A stretch of 27,616 bases of DNA from Nitrosopumilaceae archaeon. Lineage in GTDB: Archaea > Thermoproteota > Nitrososphaeria > Nitrososphaerales > Nitrosopumilaceae. The stretch is from contig JBQTHX010000029.1 of NCBI GenBank assembly GCA_052389415.1, positions 1 through 27,616 of the forward strand, given 5' to 3'. Shown here one piece after another: positions 9,415 to 16,417 of the stretch (position 1 is its first letter; each line of letters starts with the position of its first letter). The notes below the pieces were generated by a model. The model had not been told where the DNA came from and ran no database searches. It saw nothing but the letters and a program-made list of their open reading frames with translations. Position numbers and translations under genes: made by a program.

Positions 9415-9619
9415 TTGTCATCCTCTCCCACGTTCGTTCTAATTTCTTTATGGTTTTTTCCAGTTGTAGAATCCTCTTAGCACAACGATCAATGACCTTG
9501 TGGTCGTTAGTCGCTTCCCTTTCCAAAACAAGATGTTTCCTCATTTTTTCTAACATCTTGATATCTTTGTCTAAACGCATCCAGCTTGGCAATTTCTTTA
9601 TTTCTTCGGTGGCTAACAT
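9407..9619 (-). CDS. Small helical/coiled-coil hypothetical protein (70 aa)
   Basis: MLATEEIKKLPSWMRLDKDIKMLEK... ATG 9619 is preferred over 9667 because it is preceded by CAGGAG and leaves the repeat array mostly intergenic. Confidence 0.6.
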   Translation of the reverse strand: MLATEEIKKLPSWMRLDKDIKMLEKMRKHLVLEREATNDHKVIDRCAKRILQLEKTIKKLERTWERMTNI

Positions 9620-9640
9620 GATATTCTTTCTCTCCTGATT

Positions 9641-9748
9641 TCGTGACGTACAAAAAAGCTTAAACATGGCACGATTTGCTCATTCGTGGCATAATTTAGG
9701 CACGATTGATTATTTCGTGACATCTTTACTCTCCTCAACATGACACGA
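9641..9748. repeat. Dyad-symmetric array of six CACGA/TCGTG pentamers (candidate origin / Rep-binding array)
   Basis: TCGTG 9641-45, CACGA 9670-74, TCGTG 9684-88, CACGA 9701-05, TCGTG 9715-19, CACGA 9744-48. Spacers 24-9-12-9-24; symmetry axis between 9694 and 9695. Confidence 0.8.
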
Positions 9749-11071
9749 TGGTTCTATTACAGTAAGTGTGTGACCATGTCTTGCAATCTCTCTATTTTTC
9801 CAATCTTCAAATTCTTCCTTTGTAAAGGTCAGCTCTTCTATGTCAAGATCTGAGAACTTTTTTCCAGTTGGAATAAACTTGTGCTCTTTTGATGTCCTGT
9901 CTCTATTAAGATAACCAGCTTGCTCTAGCTGGTTCATCAACTCCCTTGTTCTGTTTTCACTTTTTACCATTTTTTCAGCTACCTCTTTTACTGTTAGACC
10001 TTCCGGTTTTCCACTTTGGTCTGGTGTAGAATTGTAAGTCTTGTTGTCATACATTTCTAAAATCCTTGCATAAAGATTCATAGAAACTTCGTTGACCTTG
10101 TTTAACGTTTGTTTGATTGCAGCTCCTGCAATTACCAGTGCTTCTTTGAAGTCTTCTGGTTCTGCAATTATCGTATATTGAAATCTTTTTTCTGTCTCTC
10201 CAAATGATCCAACAAGAAAATCAGTTCCACCAGGGTATTGTATACGATAACGGTTTGATGCATGAACAAACGCAATTACTGCAGTAAGTCCAAGTATCTT
10301 TGGCAGGTCTCTCCGAATAGTTAGATTTTCACAAGGAATCTTTCCTTTTAGTTTTTCAGCAAATGGTAAAACAATATCTCTTACTTGCCAAGCAAGTTCT
10401 CGATATTTTTCAACTAAAGCTGTTAGATGAGCAAGTTCTTCTCCCCATTGGTTATTTATTTTTAAACTTGAAAAGTTGTCAAGGTGATGACTAATTATCC
10501 TCTGAGTTTGCTCTGTGGACTCGTCAACTTGTGTAAGAAATGTACGGTTAAGAGATTCTGGGTCTATCCTCATGTTTGTTGATGTGGACACAAAGACAGG
10601 TATTCCAGAGACCTCAAGTGTAATAGGCTTGTTTTTACCTTTGTCATCCTTCTCAACTACACCTACTTTCAGCTTGCCTTCAGACATGAGAAATTTGAGA
10701 TCCAACATACTTGCTTCATGTTTTTCATTGGTTTTTTCCATCTGTTCAAGAAGGAGGATTTTGCCATCCATAGAACCTTCCTGTCTTTTCAAAAAAGCAG
10801 ATGTGAAGTTTGTATAGTCCACAACATATTTTGAAAATGGTTCTGCTACTGTCCTTACAAGTGAGGATTTTCCCGCACTTGATTGACTTATTATGATATT
10901 GTGAAGTCTATAAATTCGCGGTAGATCCTTTGACACATAACAGCAAACTAAAAATTTTATGATATCAGTTTCACCTACGATTTTTTTCTGGTAGCTGTAC
11001 GCAATTTTATCTAAAATTAGAGGATCTCTTGGATCAAACTTTGTTGTAAATTCTTTAATTTCCTGAGTCAT
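9710..11071 (-). CDS. AAA+ ATPase with C-terminal winged helix; MCM-like replication protein/helicase candidate
   Basis: IVGE N-terminal motif, Walker A SQSSAGKS, Walker B-like ILLLEQME, sensor-1-like VFVSTST, Arg-finger-like DPESLNR, sensor-2-like TIRRD, and C-terminal wHTH LTVKEVAEKMVKSENRTRELMNQLEQAGYL. Confidence 0.72.
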   Translation of the reverse strand: MTQEIKEFTTKFDPRDPLILDKIAYSYQKKIVGETDIIKFLVCCYVSKDLPRIYRLHNIIISQSSAGKSSLVRTVAEPFSKYVVDYTNFTSAFLKRQEGSMDGKILLLEQMEKTNEKHEASMLDLKFLMSEGKLKVGVVEKDDKGKNKPITLEVSGIPVFVSTSTNMRIDPESLNRTFLTQVDESTEQTQRIISHHLDNFSSLKINNQWGEELAHLTALVEKYRELAWQVRDIVLPFAEKLKGKIPCENLTIRRDLPKILGLTAVIAFVHASNRYRIQYPGGTDFLVGSFGETEKRFQYTIIAEPEDFKEALVIAGAAIKQTLNKVNEVSMNLYARILEMYDNKTYNSTPDQSGKPEGLTVKEVAEKMVKSENRTRELMNQLEQAGYLNRDRTSKEHKFIPTGKKFSDLDIEELTFTKEEFEDWKNREIARHGHTLTVIEPSCHVEESKDVTK

Positions 11072-11223
11072 TTCTTGTCACAGTTTCCCTTCAAAAAGTT
11101 TTCAACTGTGATGAAGCATTTTGAGCAATAATCAAATCTCTGGTATTGTGTTGCAACAATTTCTAAATCGATAGCGGAAATTTCTTTTTTGCATCTATTA
11201 CAAAAATAAATTTCTTTTATCAT
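11068..11223 (-). CDS. Small C4 zinc-finger protein (51 aa; not in the ORF track)
   Basis: MIKEIYFCNRCKKEISAIDLEIVATQYQRFDYCSKCFITVENFLKGNCDKK: CxxC-x21-CxxC. ATGA overlaps with both neighbours. Confidence 0.75.
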   Translation of the reverse strand: MIKEIYFCNRCKKEISAIDLEIVATQYQRFDYCSKCFITVENFLKGNCDKK

Positions 11224-11378
11224 TTCAGCTGCTCCTCTTGAATTAAAAATTTTTTATTGTGTCTAGAATAGCAATTTCTACAAAGTTCTAATTCATATAA
11301 TCCACAAATTCCACCATCTAGTGTTAATCGTATTGTTTTCTTACCATCGCATTTGCAAGTGAATGTTTCCAAAGTCAT
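11220..11378 (-). CDS. Small Cys-rich zinc-finger-like protein (52 aa; not in the ORF track)
   Basis: MTLETFTCKCDGKKTIRLTLDGGICGLYELELCRNCYSRHNKKFLIQEEQLK: CxC...CxxC. ATGA overlaps with both neighbours. Confidence 0.72.
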   Translation of the reverse strand: MTLETFTCKCDGKKTIRLTLDGGICGLYELELCRNCYSRHNKKFLIQEEQLK

Positions 11379-11503
11379 TTTTCAAACTCCCATTTTTTTA
11401 AGAGTTGTACAATGATTTCTTCAAAATTCTGATCTTTTGTTCCTAGTGCAGCGAGTTCATCCCGTATCTTTTTTGATAGAGCTATACTTGTTTTCTTTGT
11501 CAT
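11375..11503 (-). CDS. Ribbon-helix-helix (CopG-like) regulator, 42 aa
   Basis: MTKKTSIALSKKIRDELAALGTKDQNFEEIIVQLLKKWEFEK: TSIxL strand plus two helices. First gene of the Rep operon; start moved from 11560 to ATG 11503. Confidence 0.75.
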   Translation of the reverse strand: MTKKTSIALSKKIRDELAALGTKDQNFEEIIVQLLKKWEFEK

Positions 11504-11510
11504 AATCCAC

Positions 11511-11551
11511 ATAATGTTTATAATATAATGAACATTATTATTGTACATTAA
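11511..11551. promoter_or_regulatory. Divergent promoter region with tandem operator-like palindromes
   Basis: ATAATG-aa-CATTAT (11525-11538) flanked by degenerate copies ATAATGTTTATAAT (11511-11524) and TTATTGTACATTAA (11538-11551), in the 55-bp gap between divergent genes. Confidence 0.5.
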
Positions 11552-11558
11552 TTTACGC

Positions 11559-12524
11559 ATGAAATATGATAAAAATGAGCATCATAGGTACATAAAAAAG
11601 ACCACTAATTCATCCTATAAACTACCAGAAATAATCACAGAATTTTCGAGACGATTATTCGATTTAAAAGAAATTCAGCATTCAATATTGTTAAGAATTG
11701 CAGAAGATGGTCCGATGAATAAGAGTCAGATTAAGAACACGATTGGATTAACAAAAAGAGTAGCCGATTGGAATACGCATAGGCTTGCGGAAAATGGTTA
11801 TTTAGCTGCTAGAAAATCAACAAAGGTTCACAGAGAAATAAAAAATGCATTTGGAAAAGGAATACAAGTAAAACCAATTCTTTATCATCTAACTTTCAAA
11901 GGGTTGCTGGCATCACTGGAAGTTCCACTAGAGGAAAATTATCTTATTCAAAATTTTCTTAAAATAATTGAAAGTTATACTGATCAAAAATTTTCCGAAC
12001 TATTCTTTGATCACATGAAATATTGCACTGCACTATTTATATTAATTAATTATATGAGAAAGACCAATCTCAGTGAAATAGGAAATGTTGAGTGGGCAAT
12101 CTACGATATGTATGATTGGAGTAAAATATCTCCCACACTCACTCCTAGCGATGATCTATCTTTTCTAGCCTTCAAAAATCAGGAAATATTTAGAGATCTA
12201 GTTGATAAGTTTCACATTTCATCGCTTGTCATTGGAAATTTGACCAAACAATTCAAAGATTTTGCTGATAGCAAAGTAAAAGGAGATATGCGTGGTTTTG
12301 ATTTGACGGAAATATTGTTCAGAGGATGGGCAACGATAATAGCTCAAGTTTATAGAAAAAATTATCGAGCTCTAATTGAGGGAAAAGTTGAAAATCCTTC
12401 CTATAGAGATCAAGATATCGACGAGTATGATTATTATTTTTTTGAACGTGAGGCTGAATCAATTTATAAAAAACTCAGACCAGAGGGTCAATTTGATCCC
12501 AATGAGTCATTATTACAGGTTTGA
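11559..12524 (+). CDS. Winged-helix (MarR/ArsR-like) N-terminal domain protein with uncharacterised C-terminus
   Basis: IQHSILLRIAEDGPMNKSQIKNTIGLTKRVADWNTHRLAENGYL...YHLTFKG pattern. ATG 11559 preferred over TTG 11541. Confidence 0.65.
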   Translation: MKYDKNEHHRYIKKTTNSSYKLPEIITEFSRRLFDLKEIQHSILLRIAEDGPMNKSQIKNTIGLTKRVADWNTHRLAENGYLAARKSTKVHREIKNAFGKGIQVKPILYHLTFKGLLASLEVPLEENYLIQNFLKIIESYTDQKFSELFFDHMKYCTALFILINYMRKTNLSEIGNVEWAIYDMYDWSKISPTLTPSDDLSFLAFKNQEIFRDLVDKFHISSLVIGNLTKQFKDFADSKVKGDMRGFDLTEILFRGWATIIAQVYRKNYRALIEGKVENPSYRDQDIDEYDYYFFEREAESIYKKLRPEGQFDPNESLLQV

Positions 12525-12684
12525 ATTTTTCCGTTTTATCACTTAAATCTTTTATTTCTACATTCATACACAAAAAACCAAAACCGATATAATGAACGGT
12601 TGAAAATTTGTTTTAATTATTGTTAAACACAGGATTAAAAAAAATCTAAATTTTGATAGTTTCTGGACTTGAGTAATTATTAGA

Positions 12685-14322
12685 TTATGTACCTTTACAC
12701 TTTCCTGAAGATCCTACATCATAAATTGATTTAATTTGTTCTTGCGTAAGTGCCTCACTGTAAATTGAGAGCTCATCAACATTTCCGCTAAAGAAACGTA
12801 TTGGATTTCCACCACCCCAGGCAAATCCCAAGTTTAAATCTCGACTGTTATTTACAGGGTTGGTCAGAGGTGTCTGGCCCTGTAATGTGCCATCTATGTA
12901 TAATCTAATCATACTACCATCCCATGTTCCCGCAACATGATGATAATTGCCATCAAGCACACTGTTAATTGAACTGACTCCTGGGAAATTTACGTTTCCT
13001 CCCCCTCCGGCGCCAATATGGAATGATATTGTTCCTGAATTTCCCTGAAATGTCCATCCAGTACTGTCTGTAAATCCATGCGACTTGTCCACCACAGTCC
13101 ATATGGTATTAGGTTGACTTGAATCGGCTTTCATCCAAAACTCTACACTAAAGCCAGTTGATGGTACATTATTGTTTCCATCGTTTGGGATAACTACACC
13201 ATCATTAATTCCATCAAAATTAAATGCTTGGCTAACAGCCCCAGCTCCGTATGTGGCACCATTTTGCAATGTTCCATGGTTTGTTCCAACCACATCATTT
13301 GCATTATTGTCACCAGGCCACCAACTAACGATGCCTGAGGGGGGAGAAAGACAAGAACATGCGCTAGATGCTGAATATGGATCAGCTACCCATTTATCAA
13401 ATAAATTATCAACTCCTGCCTGACCGTATTTTGCTTGAACCATACTTACTAATCTGCACCATTCCTGTGTTGTTTGAGCCACTGCCAGTGCTCTTGCAGC
13501 TGAATAATAAGGTGAGTAGAGAATGCTATCCTTGGCTAAACCATCATTGTTTGTTCCTTGAGGCGGAAAACCCGTTCCACCGGTTTTACCCGCAAGAGAA
13601 CTGCTCCAATGACCAATAGCAAGGTTGTCAGGACAATCATCTGAAAAATAGGTGGATCCGGAAATCAATCCTTTGAAGGATTTTCCCGAAATTGTAATCT
13701 GAGGAACTTTATTTCCAAATGCTGTGTTTATGGTCCAATGGGGAGGAATTTTTTTTTCTTCTCCTTCAACTACTATAATGTCTGGATTATTTGGTAGTGG
13801 CTTCATTGGTTTCATCATAGTCCAATGCCTACTCCCGCTATCAATCAGATCTTTTTTCTGAACCAAACTTGGAAGATGGTTACTATATTGTTTGATTTCC
13901 ACCCAGTTTGAGTGTGAATAAAAATCTTGAATAATATGAAGAGCCTGTCCAAAATCATCTCCAGCAAGACCAAGGGAGAAATCTGATTTACCGGGTTTCA
14001 AATAAGGGAGCATTTCCTGATATTGGTCATTAATTTCTGTGACACTTCCGGAAAATTCACAATCATCAAAGTGATTTGATGGGGCTTGTTGTGTACTCAG
14101 GTCAAGTTTGCCGTGTTCATCCACTATCCCTTTCCTTACATCAGATTTAAGGAACCAAAGCCCCTCATTGGTAATATCTTCATGATTGGGATCTCCATTG
14201 TGGTCACCATTTCCACCAAAAATGTGACTTTCAAACGCAAAGGATGGTTGGATTGATGTTATTGATAGAAATGGTGTGGTAAGAATCAGAAAAAAGAAAA
14301 AGAGAGTTTTTTTTGTATTCGT
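12685..14322 (-). CDS. Secreted HET-C/VWA7-N-like (phospholipase C/P1 nuclease-type Zn) domain + LamG/ConA-like lectin domain protein; apparent ACG start
   Basis: The frame is open upstream of the track start (14124) to a stop at 14338-14340, adding a signal peptide (NTKKTLFFFFLILTTPFLSITSIQPSFA) and HEDIT. HFDD and GQALHIIQDFYSHSNWVE are present, as are LamG motifs AFNFDG, FSVEFWMK, HHVAGTWDG, LYIDG and FSGNVDELSIY. Confidence 0.72.
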   Translation of the reverse strand, partial: TNTKKTLFFFFLILTTPFLSITSIQPSFAFESHIFGGNGDHNGDPNHEDITNEGLWFLKSDVRKGIVDEHGKLDLSTQQAPSNHFDDCEFSGSVTEINDQYQEMLPYLKPGKSDFSLGLAGDDFGQALHIIQDFYSHSNWVEIKQYSNHLPSLVQKKDLIDSGSRHWTMMKPMKPLPNNPDIIVVEGEEKKIPPHWTINTAFGNKVPQITISGKSFKGLISGSTYFSDDCPDNLAIGHWSSSLAGKTGGTGFPPQGTNNDGLAKDSILYSPYYSAARALAVAQTTQEWCRLVSMVQAKYGQAGVDNLFDKWVADPYSASSACSCLSPPSGIVSWWPGDNNANDVVGTNHGTLQNGATYGAGAVSQAFNFDGINDGVVIPNDGNNNVPSTGFSVEFWMKADSSQPNTIWTVVDKSHGFTDSTGWTFQGNSGTISFHIGAGGGGNVNFPGVSSINSVLDGNYHHVAGTWDGSMIRLYIDGTLQGQTPLTNPVNNSRDLNLGFAWGGGNPIRFFSGNVDELSIYSEALTQEQIKSIYDVGSSGKCKGT

Positions 14323-14436
14323 ATTTTTTTTTACAAATTAAACTATATTAATCTTATTTGCCAACTTTGGAAATCAAAATTCATTTTTTGTATATGTTAA
14401 ATCAATCTTTATTGATCAATCATTCCGTATCTGAAC

Positions 14437-15570
14437 TTAATTGGAACTAATGCCTTCATATTTGGTAGAAACCTCACGCCATTGCTTTACTTTCTCAAGT
14501 TCAGTTGTAAGAAACTCTACTTTTTTCTGCAAACCTTCCACTGTGTTTTCTATAGTTGAAAGATCAGAAATAGTAAGAGCAGATTCAACTTCCAAATATG
14601 TTTTCAACCTTTCCTTTGGATTATTTCTATAATACATGAGTTTGATACTTTGATGGCCCATCAATGCTTCTGCAAAATCGGATTGATGAGCATTAGTCAC
14701 CTGAGTTTTAAACCAGGCTCTAAAGGCATGAAAATGGATACTGTTTCTCCCATTCTCATTTTTTTGATATAGTTCGGGAACTGTTCTAATTACACTCAAC
14801 AAATTCAATTGTAATGAGGTGCAGGAAGTTCTAACGGCCCTGTTGTATACAATTGGTTCTGAAAAGTCACGTTCGTTTGGTAAAAAAAGATACTGGTCAG
14901 AGATTTTCCCTTCAGACCACCCAAGTTTTCTTCGCATGTAGTCCTTGAGACATTTTGTTCCCTCCGCCGTAATGTGGGTAAGCCTTGTTTGCCTAGTTTT
15001 TGTTGTCTCTTTTCTAAGGTGAATTGTTGTTGGATTTGTGCTAAAATCAATATCGCTCACTCTAAGCTGTACAAGCTCACCTAGGCGCATTCCTGAGGAA
15101 ACACACATCAGTATTGCAGTCTGCAGTTTAGGAGAAGAGTTGTGAAGTACCCTGACAATTTTTTCCTTAGTCAGCCCCTCTTCGTAAATTATCTCTTTTT
15201 TTGGAAATCGAAACTTTTGCTTTAGGTCTTCAGCATAAATGTGAAGATTCTCTGAGTTAAGAAATTCTTTGACCGCCGTTATGTAAAGTGAAATGGATGC
15301 ATTACTATATCTGCCACTTCCTCTTTTTGTCCTAAAGTCTGAAAGGAAGCTAAAGAATTGATCAAGTGTTTCTAATGGATCAAGTTGTTTGTTTTGGAGC
15401 TTTGATAATGCTTCATCCAAACTAAGACTACATTTTGTTAAAAGAAAATCTTGAAATCTCTGAATTGCAGTTTTGTATGTTCTTCTTGTTGCATAGCTCT
15501 TTGAGTATCGAAACTTTCTCTCAAGGAACGATTCTAATTTTTCCGAAACACCTATTAATTCCTGTGCCAT
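14437..15570 (-). CDS. Tyrosine recombinase / site-specific integrase
   Basis: Catalytic set appears intact: SGMRLGEL (R), TKT (K), HAFR (HxxR), LMGH, MYY (Y). N-terminal core-binding domain (SYATRRTYKTAI, SNASISLY). Starts 55 bp from the right att repeat. Confidence 0.95.
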   Translation of the reverse strand: MAQELIGVSEKLESFLERKFRYSKSYATRRTYKTAIQRFQDFLLTKCSLSLDEALSKLQNKQLDPLETLDQFFSFLSDFRTKRGSGRYSNASISLYITAVKEFLNSENLHIYAEDLKQKFRFPKKEIIYEEGLTKEKIVRVLHNSSPKLQTAILMCVSSGMRLGELVQLRVSDIDFSTNPTTIHLRKETTKTRQTRLTHITAEGTKCLKDYMRRKLGWSEGKISDQYLFLPNERDFSEPIVYNRAVRTSCTSLQLNLLSVIRTVPELYQKNENGRNSIHFHAFRAWFKTQVTNAHQSDFAEALMGHQSIKLMYYRNNPKERLKTYLEVESALTISDLSTIENTVEGLQKKVEFLTTELEKVKQWREVSTKYEGISSN

Positions 15571-15625
15571 AATATAGTCAAATATACTAAATAGTTGTCT
15601 TATATTAATATATATCTATACATAG

Positions 15626-15639
15626 TAAATATTAAAACA
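15626..15639. repeat. Right attachment site, TAAATATTAAAACA
   Basis: Identical to 5848-5861; lies 3 bp from the mptE stop codon (15643-15645). Confidence 0.82.
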
Positions 15640-15642
15640 CGA

Positions 15643-16380
15643 TTATTCTAAGACTAGCTTCTCTAGATCAAAAGCACGTATTCTTGTGAATCCCTTAATG
15701 GGTTTTGTGGTGTATAATCCAGAATTGTCCTTTGAGGCAAGCCATTCCAAAAGTTTCTTGCCATGTTGTAGCTTTCTTAACTTGGTCGGTCTATCATGAA
15801 CCTTGATCTTTGAATATCTACCAATTCTTGAGCCAAAATCCATACCAAATAAGATAATTCTTTTTGCTTTGAAATACCTGGCAAGAAATACGCAACGATC
15901 TCCATCAGTAAAACCTCCAAAATTGTGTATATGTCCAAATGGTCGTCCCTCTGTAGTTCCAATGCAGTTTCTAAACTCTGATGCCAGAGATAATTTTTTC
16001 ATGTTATCACCATGCGAATGAACCACCATTATTGCTCCATTCTTACTTGCTTTTTTTAGAAATTCTGGTTCACCATCAAGATCCGTTACCACTACATCTG
16101 GCTTTACTTTATTTTCAATTAATGCTCTAGTTGCACCATCAGCTACAATTTTTGCAATGTTTTTGTATTTTTTTAATACTGGTACGGATGAAACAAGCGA
16201 AGAACCTGCACCAACAACAAACACTGTTTGATTTTTGATCTTTTTCTCTAATTTTTTTATAGAAATTCGTTTCTTTAAAATAGAATTTAAGATCCTTGCG
16301 GATTCAGTATCTTCTTTTCTGCTAAATTTGAATTTTTTTAAAATTTCAGTATATTTTTTTTCCCATCCGGAGATGCTCAT
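15643..16380 (-). CDS. mptE: 6-hydroxymethyl-7,8-dihydropterin pyrophosphokinase (DUF115/MptE)
   Basis: VVGAGSSL, ADGA, PDVVVTDLDG, HSHGDN, NFGGFTDGDR and GMDFG; divergent from folP. Confidence 0.9.
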   Translation of the reverse strand: MSISGWEKKYTEILKKFKFSRKEDTESARILNSILKKRISIKKLEKKIKNQTVFVVGAGSSLVSSVPVLKKYKNIAKIVADGATRALIENKVKPDVVVTDLDGEPEFLKKASKNGAIMVVHSHGDNMKKLSLASEFRNCIGTTEGRPFGHIHNFGGFTDGDRCVFLARYFKAKRIILFGMDFGSRIGRYSKIKVHDRPTKLRKLQHGKKLLEWLASKDNSGLYTTKPIKGFTRIRAFDLEKLVLE

Positions 16381-16417
16381 GTAAATCTAAATTTAGAGGT
16401 GGTCAATCATAAACCAT

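Larger units (their letters stand above)
5848..15639. mobile_element. Integrated plasmid-like (cryptic) element, ~9.8 kb, tyrosine-integrase mediated
   Basis: Perfect 14-bp direct repeats at both ends, an integrase next to the right repeat, Rep-like ATPase, RHH and HTH genes inside, and housekeeping genes on both sides. Removing it leaves a 42-bp gap between the mptE stop and the start of the 5262-5822 gene. Confidence 0.88.

Noticed and set aside
9641-9748. CRISPR mini-array or a long RNA hairpin
   Set aside because: The repeats are only 5-10 bp, alternate in orientation and have uneven spacers. The spacers are not complementary, so it is a spaced binding-site pattern, not a stem. No cas genes are present.
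5943-11503. The two RHH genes as antitoxins of type II TA pairs
   Set aside because: No adjacent PIN, RelE or MazF-like ORF was found; the neighbours are a secreted protease and Zn-finger/Rep genes.
5848-15639. Provirus or conjugative element
   Set aside because: No recognisable capsid, terminase/packaging, portal, VirB4/VirD4 or relaxase genes. A very divergent virus cannot be excluded without structure searches.
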